From positions 214 to 64,213 of the forward strand of contig JALVVL010000004.1 of assembly GCA_027023425.1 (NCBI GenBank): a stretch of 64,000 nt of DNA, given 5' to 3'. The stretch comes from Anaerolineales bacterium (lineage in GTDB: Bacteria > Chloroflexota > Anaerolineae > Anaerolineales > DRMV01). Shown here in pieces: positions 19,855 through 29,267 of this stretch. Every line of letters starts with the position of its first letter. The first letter of the stretch is position 1. The position numbers and the translations under genes were made by a program. The notes beneath the pieces were generated by a model. The model made no database searches. It saw nothing but the letters and a program-made list of their open reading frames with translations, and was not told where the DNA came from.

Positions 19855-19928
19855 CTGCCCGCTGACTTAGACCGAGCCTTGGCTTCGGCTGGGACTCTGG
19901 AGACTTGCACAAAAGGAGATGCATGGTC

Positions 19929-20204
19929 ATGTCGCTTGATAAAAGCACCAAAACGGAGATTATCCAACAGTTTCACCGTCATGAGCAGGATACGGGCTCT
20001 GCGGAGGTGCAGATTGCCATCCTCACCGCCCGCATCAAGCAACTCACCGAGCACCTAAAGGTGCACAAACACGATGAGTCTTCGCGCCGCGGCTTGCTGA
20101 AAATGGTAGGCCGTCGCCGTCGCTTGCTGAACTACCTCCGCCGAACCAATTACCCCCGCTACTTGGAAATCACCGAGCGGCTGGGCATCCGGCGGAAGGC
20201 GTAG
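19929..20204 (+). CDS. rpsO: 30S ribosomal protein S15
   Basis: [38 protein letters not shown]. Confidence 0.98.
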   Translation: MSLDKSTKTEIIQQFHRHEQDTGSAEVQIAILTARIKQLTEHLKVHKHDESSRRGLLKMVGRRRRLLNYLRRTNYPRYLEITERLGIRRKA

Positions 20205-20216
20205 CCACAGCCCCCG

Positions 20217-20249
20217 AGCGCGTAGGTTAGCCCTCCTACGCGCTTTTTT
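20217..20249 (+). terminator. intrinsic terminator after rpsO
   Basis: AGCGCGTAGG-loop-CCTACGCGCT followed by a T-run. Confidence 0.75.
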
Positions 20250-20258
20250 CTAATTTGA

Positions 20259-20413
20259 CAGGACTTACGCAGTTGCCCGTAGAAGTGCTTGTTTTCAAGT
20301 CATGGCGAGCCGCCGTAGGCGGCGAAGCCATCCCCCAGGCGCTGGGGGAGGCCGCTTCGGCGGTCTACGACCACCTCGCGGTGACACAAAGCAGGTGAAC
20401 CGCGTAACTCCTG
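20259..20413. mobile_element. ~155-bp MITE, copy 1
   Basis: TIR CAGGACTTACGC/GCGTAACTCCTG; exact 8-bp flanking direct repeat TAATTTGA. Confidence 0.88.
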
Positions 20414-20488
20414 TAATTTGAGCAGGGGAAACCGCGTTCAAAGCCTCACCTCACCCTATCAGCCGCAGGGAAAACCCTGCGAAAATCT

Positions 20489-20571
20489 GCCCTCCGGTTG
20501 GGAATTGGAGCATGGGCGTCAGCGGGCGTCGTGCTCGCGCCGCGCGCGCTCCAGTCCCTAACCGCGAGGGC
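20489..20571 (+). promoter_or_regulatory. long hairpin in pnp leader
   Basis: GCCCTC-CGGTTGGGA-TTGGAGC pairs with GCTCCAG-CCCTAACCG-GAGGGC. Confidence 0.55.
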
Positions 20572-20588
20572 GTAGTTTGGAGGACTGT

Positions 20589-22811
20589 ATGAAACCCGAA
20601 AGCCATGTTTACGAAGTGGATGTTGCCGGTAAGAAAATAATTTTTGAAACCGGCAAACTGGCCGGTCAGGCAAACGGCGCCGTGACCGCCCGCATGGGCG
20701 ACACAATGGTCTTTGCCGCGGCCACAATGAGCAAAGAGCCCCGCGAGGGCATTGATTTCTTCCCCTTGCGTGTGGACTACGAAGAGCGCATGTACGCTGG
20801 CGGCCGCATTCCGGGCTCGTTTTTCCGCCGTGAAGGCCGCCCTTCCGAGGAAGCAATCCTCACTGCCCGCTTGGTTGACCGCCCCCTGCGCCCGCTCTTT
20901 CCCGAAGGGATGCGCAACGACGTGCAGGTGGTGCTCTATTCCTTTTCCGCCGACGAACTTCACCCGATAGACATTTTAGCCATCAACGCGGCGTCGGCGG
21001 CGTTGATGGTTTCCGACATCCCTTGGGATGGGCCGGTTGCCGCGGTGCGCATTGGCCGCATAAACGGCGAATTTGTGGTCAACCCCACCTTCCCCGAAAT
21101 TGAAGAATCGGAACTTGACCTGCGGATTGCGGGCTCGCGCGACGCCATCCTCATGGTGGAAGCGGGCGCAAAAGAAGTGCCTGAAGAGGTAATGGTTGAG
21201 GCGCTGGCGTTTGGGCATCAGGCGCTCCAGCCGATTATTGACATCCAAGAGAAAATGCGCGCTGAGGTCGGCAAGCCCAAAGCCGAAATCACGCCGTTTG
21301 TGGTTGAAGATGAACTCAAAGCGCAGGTGGAAGATTTGGTGAAGGAAAGGTTGGAGCAATTGCTCGCCGCGCCGCACACCAAATCCGAACTTTATGACGG
21401 CATTGATGCCGTGCGCGATGAAACGATTGAGCAGTTGGGCGTGAGCGACGACGCCGAAGCCGCGCTGAAGGTGAAGATGGCGTTTGAAGATGTGCTCAAG
21501 AAAGTAGTGCGCAGCCGCATCCTCAACCAAGGTATCCGCCCCGATGGGCGTGGTTACACCGACATCCGCCCCGTATGGTGCGAAGTGGACATCAGCCCGC
21601 GCGCCCACGGCTCCGGCTTGTTCACCCGCGGCGAAACCCAAGTCCTCACGCTGGCGACGCTCGGCACGCCGCGCGAAGCGCAGGAAATTGACGGCCTCAC
21701 GCCGGTGGAAAGCAAGCGCTACATCCACCACTACAACTTCCCCCCGTTCTGCACAGGCGAAGTGCGCCCGATGCGCGGCGCTTCGCGGCGTGAAATCGGG
21801 CACGGAGCGCTTGCCGAGCGTGCCCTTTTGCCCGTCATCCCGCCCGAAGACCAATTCCCCTACACCTTGCGCCTTGTCTCCGAAGTGCTTTCTTCCAACG
21901 GCTCTTCCTCAATGGCGTCGGTCTGCGGCTCTACGCTGGCGCTGATGGATACCGGCGTGCCCATCAAAGCGCCCGTTGCCGGTGTGGCAATGGGCTTGAT
22001 AAAGGAAGGCGATGAATACGCCATCCTGACCGACATTCAAGGCATGGAAGACCACCTCGGCGATATGGACTTCAAGGTCGCGGGCACCGAAAAGGGCATC
22101 ACCGCCTTGCAGATGGACATCAAAATTGCGGGTATCACCAAAGAAATCATGCACAAGGCGCTGAAGCAGGCGCGTGAAGCCCGCATGTTCATCCTCGGCA
22201 AAATGCTGGAAGTGATACCGGAGCCGCGCCCCGAACTGAAGCCGCACGCCCCGCGGATGATTGTGGTGCGCATTCCGGTTGATAAAATCGGCGCGGTCAT
22301 CGGCCCGGGCGGCAAAACCATCCGCGCCATTCAAGAAGAAACCGGCACCAAGATTGACATTATGGAAGACGGGCTGGTTTACATTGCCTCTTCCAACGGC
22401 GAAGCCGCCAGTGACGCGCGTGAACGCATTGAAGCCCTGACCGAAACCCCGCAAATCGGGCGCATTTACACCGGCAAAGTGGTGCGCGTAACCGACTTCG
22501 GTGCGTTTGTGGAAATTTTGCCCAACACCGACGGCATGGTGCACATTTCGCAGTTGGATACCGAGCCGGTGAGGCGCGTTGAGGATGTGGTAAAGGTGGG
22601 CGATGAGATTACCGTGATGGTGACGGACATTGACCCGCTTGGGCGCATACGGCTTTCGCGGCAGGCGGTGTTGGAAGGTTGGACGGCTGAGGAGGCGCAA
22701 GCGCACGACAAGGCAAACCGCGAGCGCCGCAACAGCCGCCGCAACAGCCGCGGCGGGCGTAGCGGCGAGCGCCGCGGCGGCAACCGCCGCGACAACAAAC
22801 CGCGCCGATAA
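20589..22811 (+). CDS. pnp: polyribonucleotide nucleotidyltransferase
   Basis: FETGKLAGQANG, DFFPLRVDY, RREIGHG, SNGSSSMAS, GDMDFKVAG, KH and S1 domains. Confidence 0.98.
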   Translation: MKPESHVYEVDVAGKKIIFETGKLAGQANGAVTARMGDTMVFAAATMSKEPREGIDFFPLRVDYEERMYAGGRIPGSFFRREGRPSEEAILTARLVDRPLRPLFPEGMRNDVQVVLYSFSADELHPIDILAINAASAALMVSDIPWDGPVAAVRIGRINGEFVVNPTFPEIEESELDLRIAGSRDAILMVEAGAKEVPEEVMVEALAFGHQALQPIIDIQEKMRAEVGKPKAEITPFVVEDELKAQVEDLVKERLEQLLAAPHTKSELYDGIDAVRDETIEQLGVSDDAEAALKVKMAFEDVLKKVVRSRILNQGIRPDGRGYTDIRPVWCEVDISPRAHGSGLFTRGETQVLTLATLGTPREAQEIDGLTPVESKRYIHHYNFPPFCTGEVRPMRGASRREIGHGALAERALLPVIPPEDQFPYTLRLVSEVLSSNGSSSMASVCGSTLALMDTGVPIKAPVAGVAMGLIKEGDEYAILTDIQGMEDHLGDMDFKVAGTEKGITALQMDIKIAGITKEIMHKALKQAREARMFILGKMLEVIPEPRPELKPHAPRMIVVRIPVDKIGAVIGPGGKTIRAIQEETGTKIDIMEDGLVYIASSNGEAASDARERIEALTETPQIGRIYTGKVVRVTDFGAFVEILPNTDGMVHISQLDTEPVRRVEDVVKVGDEITVMVTDIDPLGRIRLSRQAVLEGWTAEEAQAHDKANRERRNSRRNSRGGRSGERRGGNRRDNKPRR

Positions 22812-22843
22812 AATCGCACCCTCCCCAAAGCATCCACAAATAA

Positions 22844-22870
22844 GTAGGGGCGACGCATGCGTCGCCCCTA
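22844..22870. repeat. GTAG-type REP palindrome
   Basis: Perfect 26-bp palindrome TAGGGGCGACGCATGCGTCGCCCCTA preceded by G. Confidence 0.8.
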
Positions 22871-23107
22871 TCCTTTTGGCATCCTTCGTAACTGAGCGTG
22901 TGTGTAGTTTGATAATGTCATATTTTCGTATAGACCATAACGGAATGGTTCTAAGTTCTTGGTTTATATAAAAACGCATGCTCAACCAACGGATCCGCTT
23001 TGTATTCACGTTACGCAGCGGTGATTGACAGGCAACAATTTCACCCTATTGCATAATCAACCTTGATAGTTGGTTTAGACCTTTTGCAACTTAGCGCCCA
23101 AATTTTT

Positions 23108-23247
23108 GATCTCTCCCTACCCCCGCTCCGGCGAGGTTTCGCCTTCGCTCAGCCTGCCGGCGCCGCCCCCTTCCCTCCCTTAGTAAGGGAGGGAAGGGGG
23201 CTGGTGAGCCGAGCGTTAGCGAGGCTCAGCGGGGGATGGGTGAGATC
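23108..23247. repeat. purine/pyrimidine-tract palindrome
   Basis: CCCCCTTCCCTCCCTTA-G-TAAGGGAGGGAAGGGGG core; GATCTC/GAGATC outer arms. Confidence 0.75.
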
Positions 23248-23336
23248 TTGCCACAGGCGCGATAGATCGCACCTTTTGCAATAACCAAAATCTTGCTTGA
23301 AAATGCACTATGAAACTGTTGAACTTTCGGTTTCTT

Positions 23337-23440
23337 CGCCCTCACCACTCCCCCAGAGCCTTGCTCCGCGGCGGCTCAGCCCCCTCTCCTCTCCCATTGG
23401 GAGAGGAGAGGGGGCGCGCAGCGGGGGTAAGGTGAGGGCG
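23337..23440. repeat. purine/pyrimidine-tract palindrome
   Basis: CGCCCTCACC...GGTGAGGGCG arms; CCCCCTCTCCTCTCCCA-T-TGGGAGAGGAGAGGGGG core. Confidence 0.75.
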
Positions 23441-23570
23441 CTTAGTATGCTGGTGCTCAATTGCGCAACATGAGTCATTAGAACAAATGTCTAATGTGAC
23501 ATTGTCAAGGTAGCCGCCTTTTCTACTTTTCCCCAATACCCCAATCCCTCAATTTGTTATAATCCCCACC

Positions 23571-24485
23571 ATGCCAAAACGCCTTGCTTTGATTTTCGCC
23601 ATGTTGCTCACGGCGTCGGTCATTGTGGCGTGCGGAAGGGAGCGCGTCCAAACACCAACTGCGGTGCCGTCGCGCGCCATCACGCCCACAGTCACGCTCA
23701 CCGCACTGCCGCCATCGCCCACAGCCGTGCCGATGGCCGCTGTGGTCAACGGCACCCCCATTCCCCTGAGCGAATTTCAGGCGGAGGAGGCGCGGGCTCG
23801 TGCCGCCGCCGCGACACTTGGCACAGAAATAGCACCCAACCCTTCCCAAATAGCCAAAACCGTGCTCGCCGACATGGTGGATACCGCTCTGCTCGCCCAA
23901 GCCGCTTACGCCAGCGGCTACAAGCCGTCCAAAGACGAAGAACTGTGGAAGCAAGCCGTTTCGGAAGCCGGGGGCGAACAAGCCTTGCAGGCTTTCCTGC
24001 GGAAAAACGGCTACACCCGCCAAGCCTTCCTCCGTTCGTTGCGCAAACAGCGCGCCGCGGCGTGGATGGCACGGCGGATCGCGGCGCAGGTGCCGCGCTC
24101 GGCCGAGCAGGTGCGCTTGAGACAGATTTTGGTATATAATCAAAAAGACGCTGAGGCTGTGCTTGCCCGCCTAAAGCACGGGGAGGATTTTGCCAAGTTG
24201 GCATGGCAGTATGACCCTTACACCGGCGGCGACCTTGGGTGGGCGCCGCGGGGTTATTTGCTTCAGCCAGCGGTGGAAAAGGCCGCGTTTTCCTTGAAAG
24301 TTGGAGAGGTGAGTGGCATCATCAAGACGCCGCTTGGCTACCACATTATCAAAGTTGAAGACCGCGCTGTCCGGCCGCTTGATCCGCTTGCCTTGCAAGT
24401 GCTTCAACACAAAGCGCTGGAGGATTGGCTTCGCCGACAGCGCGCAAACGCTTCAATCAGAATCTTTGTTACACCAATGCCTTGA
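23571..24485 (+). CDS. lipoprotein peptidyl-prolyl isomerase (SurA/PpiC type)
   Basis: Lipobox IVAC; AAVVNG; GEDFAKLA, GGDLGW, GYHII. Confidence 0.88.
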   Translation: MPKRLALIFAMLLTASVIVACGRERVQTPTAVPSRAITPTVTLTALPPSPTAVPMAAVVNGTPIPLSEFQAEEARARAAAATLGTEIAPNPSQIAKTVLADMVDTALLAQAAYASGYKPSKDEELWKQAVSEAGGEQALQAFLRKNGYTRQAFLRSLRKQRAAAWMARRIAAQVPRSAEQVRLRQILVYNQKDAEAVLARLKHGEDFAKLAWQYDPYTGGDLGWAPRGYLLQPAVEKAAFSLKVGEVSGIIKTPLGYHIIKVEDRAVRPLDPLALQVLQHKALEDWLRRQRANASIRIFVTPMP

Positions 24486-24512
24486 CCTGTAGGCAAATTT
24501 ACGGAGGGCATC

Positions 24513-25238
24513 ATGTCGTTAGGTTTTATAGACGAGGATAAACGCCGCAAGCGGAAGAATCCGGGCGCAATTTGGAATGTGTTGGCCTTGTTAGTCTTCC
24601 TGCTGACTTTGTGCATGTTGAGCGGCTTCTTGCTGATATTTATCAACCCCTATGTGCCGTTTAACCCGTTCCCGCCGCCCACGCTGCCGCCAACTTTGGC
24701 GTGGCCTACGCCGTCTCCGACTTTGCCGGTGGTTACTCTGCCGCCCACTTGGACCCCATCCCCCACCGTAACGCCTTCCCCGACCGTCACCCCTCCTCCA
24801 ACATTCACGCCGGTGCCCTCACCCACGCCGGTGCCTTCGCCGACGCTTTCTCCAACGCCGTTCCCGTTTGAACTTCAGCCGGGGACGCCGACTTACACAA
24901 CCAGCAAAGTTTTCCACGCCGACGCAAACTGCAACTGGCTCAGCGTGGCGGGGCAGGTGCTTGACACTTCGGGGCAGCCGATTGTGGTGAATGTGGTGGT
25001 GCGCGGGGTGGTTGATGGCAAACAAATTGACCGCACCACAATCAGCGGCACAGCGACCAATTTTGGGCCGGGCGGCTACGAAATTCAACTTGCCGACCAT
25101 CCGGCGGCGAGCAACCACACGCTGTACGTGCAACTTTTAGACCCTAATGGCCTGCCGATTTCGCCGCCGGTTTATTTTGACACCCAAAATTCGTGTGACC
25201 AAAACATCACGCTGATTAACTTCCGCCGCCGACCGTAG
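24513..25238 (+). CDS. membrane-anchored protein with Pro/Thr linker and beta-rich C-terminal domain
   Basis: One TM segment, PT-rich linker, VAGQVLD..G.P motif. Confidence 0.75.
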   Translation: MSLGFIDEDKRRKRKNPGAIWNVLALLVFLLTLCMLSGFLLIFINPYVPFNPFPPPTLPPTLAWPTPSPTLPVVTLPPTWTPSPTVTPSPTVTPPPTFTPVPSPTPVPSPTLSPTPFPFELQPGTPTYTTSKVFHADANCNWLSVAGQVLDTSGQPIVVNVVVRGVVDGKQIDRTTISGTATNFGPGGYEIQLADHPAASNHTLYVQLLDPNGLPISPPVYFDTQNSCDQNITLINFRRRP

Positions 25239-25244
25239 GCTGGA

Positions 25245-25470
25245 ATGGAACCACAGATTACACAGATTGGCACAGAGGCTAACGCCAAGGGTACCAAAGA
25301 CACAAAGGACGCCAAGGAAGTAACGCAGAGGCGCAGAGTAGGGGCGAGGCATCGCCTCGCCCAGAGACGCTCAATCGGTGTAAATCTGTGTAATCTGTGG
25401 ATAAAAACCACAGATTACACAGATTAGCGCAGATTTTTCTGTGGAATCTGCGAAATCTGTGGTTTTTCTA
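25245..25470. repeat. mosaic micro-repeat array with embedded REP
   Basis: CACAGATT, GCCAAG and CGCAGAG modules; GTAGGGGCGAGGCATCGCCTCGCCC at 25338. Confidence 0.88.
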
Positions 25471-25471
25471 C

Positions 25472-26884
25472 CTACACCGCGGCGAAGTGCTCCTTTTCAA
25501 CTGCTTCCCATGAGCCTGCGGGGAGATTTAGGAAAGCGGCAAGCGTAGGATGCACAGCGGCAATTTCCTCTGCCATGCGGTAAGCCAGCCTGCGCATGGA
25601 AAAGTGGGCGTTTGGTGCGGCGCGCAACCTCAAGAAGTGAAATGCTTCGCGCAAATTGAGCACCGCGAGCACCCGTCGCTTGAACGCATTGGGCACAACA
25701 TACGCCGCGGCGTCTGCGCTCACTTCGGCTATGGCTTCGTAAGCCCTTGCCGCCGCATCCATCGCCGCGCGGTATTCCCCCTCCAACCCGGCCTCAACCG
25801 CCAGCCGCGGCACGGCGTAGCCCAGCCCAACGCCTAAAGCCTGCGGGGTCTGGGTCATCATCCGGTGGCGCTTGAATTCGTAATACCCCCCTTGGTCAAT
25901 CACAATATCAAAAGTGTAGGCGGTGTATTCCAACTCCCGCGGCGGAACATCGCGCTCGCCGAGCACTCCCAGCACCTCTTGGGCAATGGTCTTGCGCTCT
26001 TCGCGGGGCAAGCCGCGCACGTAGGCGAGGTAATCGGTGTATGGGCGGTTGCCGTAGCGGTAAAGCATTGCCGCGAGCACGCGCTCCTCGCCGCGCGGCT
26101 CCCACGAGACCAAATGGCACCAATCCTCGGCATACGTGCCGCCGCCGCGGAAATTGGCGGCGCGCGCACGCAACGCTTCTGCCCCTTTCTGCCAGCCCTC
26201 CACCTCGCCGACATACTTCAACAGCGTGGGGACTTCCTCTTTCGCAACAGAAAGGATTTGCTCTGCAATTTGCCGCACCTCGGCAAGCGGGTGCGAAAGC
26301 ATTTTGCGGAGCGTGTGGGCGAGCAAGCGGGCGTTCATCGTCAGGCCGAGGTTGGTGCGCACCCCCATTGGCAGCAAAAAGCGGCACACGTCGGCATAGC
26401 GGCTGCGGATGCGCGCATCCCACCGCTTTTCGGATTCGCCCTCGCGGGGCGGCTCAGTGCGCCTGACCTGCTCGCGCACCGCCGCAACACAGCGCCCGTA
26501 AGCGCCGAAAAGCGTCTCCACTGCCTCGCGGTAGGCTTTTTCCGCGGCCTTGCCCGCGATTTCGGGCGGAATTACCACTTCCTCTGGCGTAAAGCGCTGG
26601 TAGCGACTTGATTTTTCGGTGAAAGAGCCGAGCCGCGCCGATTCCAACGCTTCGGCGGCGACGCGCGAAATCCCCTCAACCGCCACATGCACTACAGCGT
26701 GCTCAGCGACCGAGGCATGCCCATAGCCGATAACCCACTTTTCGTGAAACTTGGCGCTCTGCTCGGCGCTCAGTTCTTCCGCTGTGCGGTCAAACGGCTT
26801 GGGTGAGCGCGAGGTCTTCGCAAATGCAACCGCTATCACCTCGGGCGAGTATTTGCTTGTGGGGAGGAGGTAAACGCGAGGCAT
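25472..26884 (-). CDS. thyX: FAD-dependent thymidylate synthase, double-domain
   Basis: GYGHASVAEH, FTEKSSRY, RFLLP..TN; second half EFKRHR and YVVPNA. Confidence 0.88.
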   Translation of the reverse strand: MPRVYLLPTSKYSPEVIAVAFAKTSRSPKPFDRTAEELSAEQSAKFHEKWVIGYGHASVAEHAVVHVAVEGISRVAAEALESARLGSFTEKSSRYQRFTPEEVVIPPEIAGKAAEKAYREAVETLFGAYGRCVAAVREQVRRTEPPREGESEKRWDARIRSRYADVCRFLLPMGVRTNLGLTMNARLLAHTLRKMLSHPLAEVRQIAEQILSVAKEEVPTLLKYVGEVEGWQKGAEALRARAANFRGGGTYAEDWCHLVSWEPRGEERVLAAMLYRYGNRPYTDYLAYVRGLPREERKTIAQEVLGVLGERDVPPRELEYTAYTFDIVIDQGGYYEFKRHRMMTQTPQALGVGLGYAVPRLAVEAGLEGEYRAAMDAAARAYEAIAEVSADAAAYVVPNAFKRRVLAVLNLREAFHFLRLRAAPNAHFSMRRLAYRMAEEIAAVHPTLAAFLNLPAGSWEAVEKEHFAAV

Positions 26885-26904
26885 GGCGTTCTCCGAGAAC
26901 AAAA

Positions 26905-27322
26905 TATAAACCACAGATTAGCACAGATTAGCGCAGAGGTTAACGCCAAGGTCGCCAAGGAGGTAACGCAGAGGCGCAGAGGAAGCAGAGGCGCAGAGGA
27001 GCGCAGAGACGCCAAGGGCGCAAAGGGTGCCAAGGGCGCCAAGGACACAGAGGACGCCAAGAAAAAGTTTTTCTGTGCTCTCTGTAAATTTCTGTGTTTT
27101 CTGTGGTTTTCAATCGGTGAAAATCTGTGTCAATCTGTGGATGATAACGCAGAGACGCAGAGGAAACAGAGACGCAGAGAGCGCAAAGAGAAAAACCACA
27201 GATTACACAGATTAGCACAGAAAACACAGAAACTTCAAAATTTTTCTGTGCTTTCTGTGGCCTTCGGTGTTCTCTGTGTTTCTTTCTTCAATCGGTGAAA
27301 ATCTATGTCAATCAGTGGATAG
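26905..27322. repeat. mosaic micro-repeat array
   Basis: Same module set; includes the ribF stop codon. Confidence 0.9.
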
Positions 27323-28231
27323 AATCTCTCTTGCCTGAGCCACATCGTGCTCAATTTGGGCGCGGAGCGCTTCGGCTGAGGGGAATTTGCGTTCCGCGCG
27401 CAGGCGTTTCACAAACTCCAGCGTCAATTTTTCGCCGTAAAGGTTGCCGCTGTAGCCGAGGAGGTGGGCTTCAACGCGGGGTGCGGCGCGCTCCTCAAAC
27501 GTTGGGCGGACGCCGATGTTGACCACTGCAGGGTAAACCTTGTCGCCCACGCGAGCAAACGCGGCATAAACACCGCTTGCGGGCACCATCCGCTTTTCCC
27601 AAACCGCTAAGTTTGCCGTGGGAAAGCCTAAGCCGCGCCCGCGTCCATCTCCGCGCACTACCTCGCCCGGGACGGAGTAAAACCGCCCCAGCAGGCGCGC
27701 CGCTTTTTCTACATCGCCATCGGCTAAAGCCCGCCGTATGCGGCTTGAGGAGACAATCTCCCCTTCTACCGCATACGGCGGGAAGACAACTAAGGTATAG
27801 CCCATGCGCTCGCCGATTTGTTTGAGGGTGGCGATATTGCCCTCGCGGTTGCGCCCCAAGGCGAAATCGTAGCCAACCCACAGCCGCCGCAGGCCGAGAT
27901 GGCGGCGCACCCTTTCCATAAATTCTTCGGCAGAAAGGCGCGCCACATCTCGGTTGAACGGGTGGGTCACCACCACATCCACGCCCAGATCAGCCATCAA
28001 GGCAGCCTTTTCTTCGGGCGTAGAGAGGTAAAACGGCTCACGCACCTTTCCCAGCACCTCAGCGGGGTGGGGGTAGAAGGTGATGACAACCGCGGGGGCA
28101 CCGGCTTCGCGTGCCTCGGCGACAAATTCGCTCAGCAAGCGCCGGTGCCCAAGGTGAACGCCGTCAAAAGAGCCGATTGTGACCCAAGCGCCCTTAAGCC
28201 TCAGCGGGCTTAAGTCGTAAACGTGTTCCAT
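27308..28231 (-). CDS. ribF: riboflavin kinase / FAD synthetase
   Basis: TIGSFDGVHLGH, VSSSRIR, GFPTAN, NIGVRPT. Confidence 0.97.
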   Translation of the reverse strand: MEHVYDLSPLRLKGAWVTIGSFDGVHLGHRRLLSEFVAEAREAGAPAVVITFYPHPAEVLGKVREPFYLSTPEEKAALMADLGVDVVVTHPFNRDVARLSAEEFMERVRRHLGLRRLWVGYDFALGRNREGNIATLKQIGERMGYTLVVFPPYAVEGEIVSSSRIRRALADGDVEKAARLLGRFYSVPGEVVRGDGRGRGLGFPTANLAVWEKRMVPASGVYAAFARVGDKVYPAVVNIGVRPTFEERAAPRVEAHLLGYSGNLYGEKLTLEFVKRLRAERKFPSAEALRAQIEHDVAQAREILSTD

Positions 28232-28239
28232 GAGAGCGG

Positions 28240-29166
28240 CTACGATGCAAAGAAGACTTTCTTGGGTTGAAGTTCTCCCTCTTCGCCGAGGTAAATCATC
28301 ACCGCGGCGAGGTCGCCTTGTTCGGTGACGGCGCGCACCATCTGCCCGTCGGTCAATTCCATGCCCTCGTGCGGCTTGATGCGGTGGCCGTGGCGCACCA
28401 ATTCCACCTCGTCGGGGTCAAGTTCAATCAGCGGCCAATCCTCGGGCAGGGCTTCCACAGCGGGGATGAGGTAGCGATACCACTCGCCTTTGTGGAAGGC
28501 TTCTTCCAGCCGCCGCAGGGGGACGGCGTCGCGCAGGGTGAAACGGCCGCTTTGCGTGCGGCGCAGGCCGACCAGATGCGCGCCGCATCCCAACGCTTTG
28601 CCGATGTCGTTTGCCAGCGAGCGAACGTAAGTGCCCGATGAGCAATGCACATCCACCACCACTTCGGGCGGCGCCCATTCCAGCAGTTCAAGGCTGTAGA
28701 CTTTGATTTTGCGCGGCTTTAGTTCCACCGGTTTGCCTTCGCGGGCGAGGTTGTAAGCGCGTTTGCCTTTCACCCGCACGGCGGAATAGGGCGGCGGCAC
28801 TTGCTCAATTTCGCCTTCAAATTGCTTGAGGATTCTTTCAAACTCTTCCTCGGTCACGTTTTCCCAAGGGGCGGTGGCGGTGGTGCGTCCTTCGGCGTCG
28901 TAAGTGTCGGTGGAAGCGCCCAAGCGGATGGTCGCCATGTAGCGCTTGTCGGAAGCGGACACCCATTCGCTCAAGCGCACAGCGGGCCCAATGAGCACCA
29001 CCAACACGCCCGAAGCGCGCGGGTCTAATGTGCCTGTGTGGCCAGCGCGGCGTATGCCCGTGCCGCGGCGAATCAGTTGCACTACTTGGTGGGAGGTCAT
29101 ACCGACCGGTTTGTCCACCACTAATACACCCGATACAACATCGCGAATTACACTTGTTTCGTCCAT
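28240..29166 (-). CDS. truB: tRNA pseudouridine(55) synthase
   Basis: DKPVGMTS, GHTGTLDP, QVPPPYSA, GTYVRSL. Confidence 0.97.
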   Translation of the reverse strand: MDETSVIRDVVSGVLVVDKPVGMTSHQVVQLIRRGTGIRRAGHTGTLDPRASGVLVVLIGPAVRLSEWVSASDKRYMATIRLGASTDTYDAEGRTTATAPWENVTEEEFERILKQFEGEIEQVPPPYSAVRVKGKRAYNLAREGKPVELKPRKIKVYSLELLEWAPPEVVVDVHCSSGTYVRSLANDIGKALGCGAHLVGLRRTQSGRFTLRDAVPLRRLEEAFHKGEWYRYLIPAVEALPEDWPLIELDPDEVELVRHGHRIKPHEGMELTDGQMVRAVTEQGDLAAVMIYLGEEGELQPKKVFFAS

Positions 29167-29267
29167 AATTTGCTCCCTCTTTGTAAGAATTTGGAATGTG
29201 CAGGAGGCTCTGCATTTGCGCAAAGGCGCGTTTGCCACTCTGGGCGAGGCGCGCCTTATGGCCGAAT

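Noticed and set aside
22871-23010. RAYT transposase remnant next to the REP
   Set aside because: No HUH or WQ..YYEHIIR-type motif is recognisable in the translation provided; it remains an unexplained AT-rich stretch.
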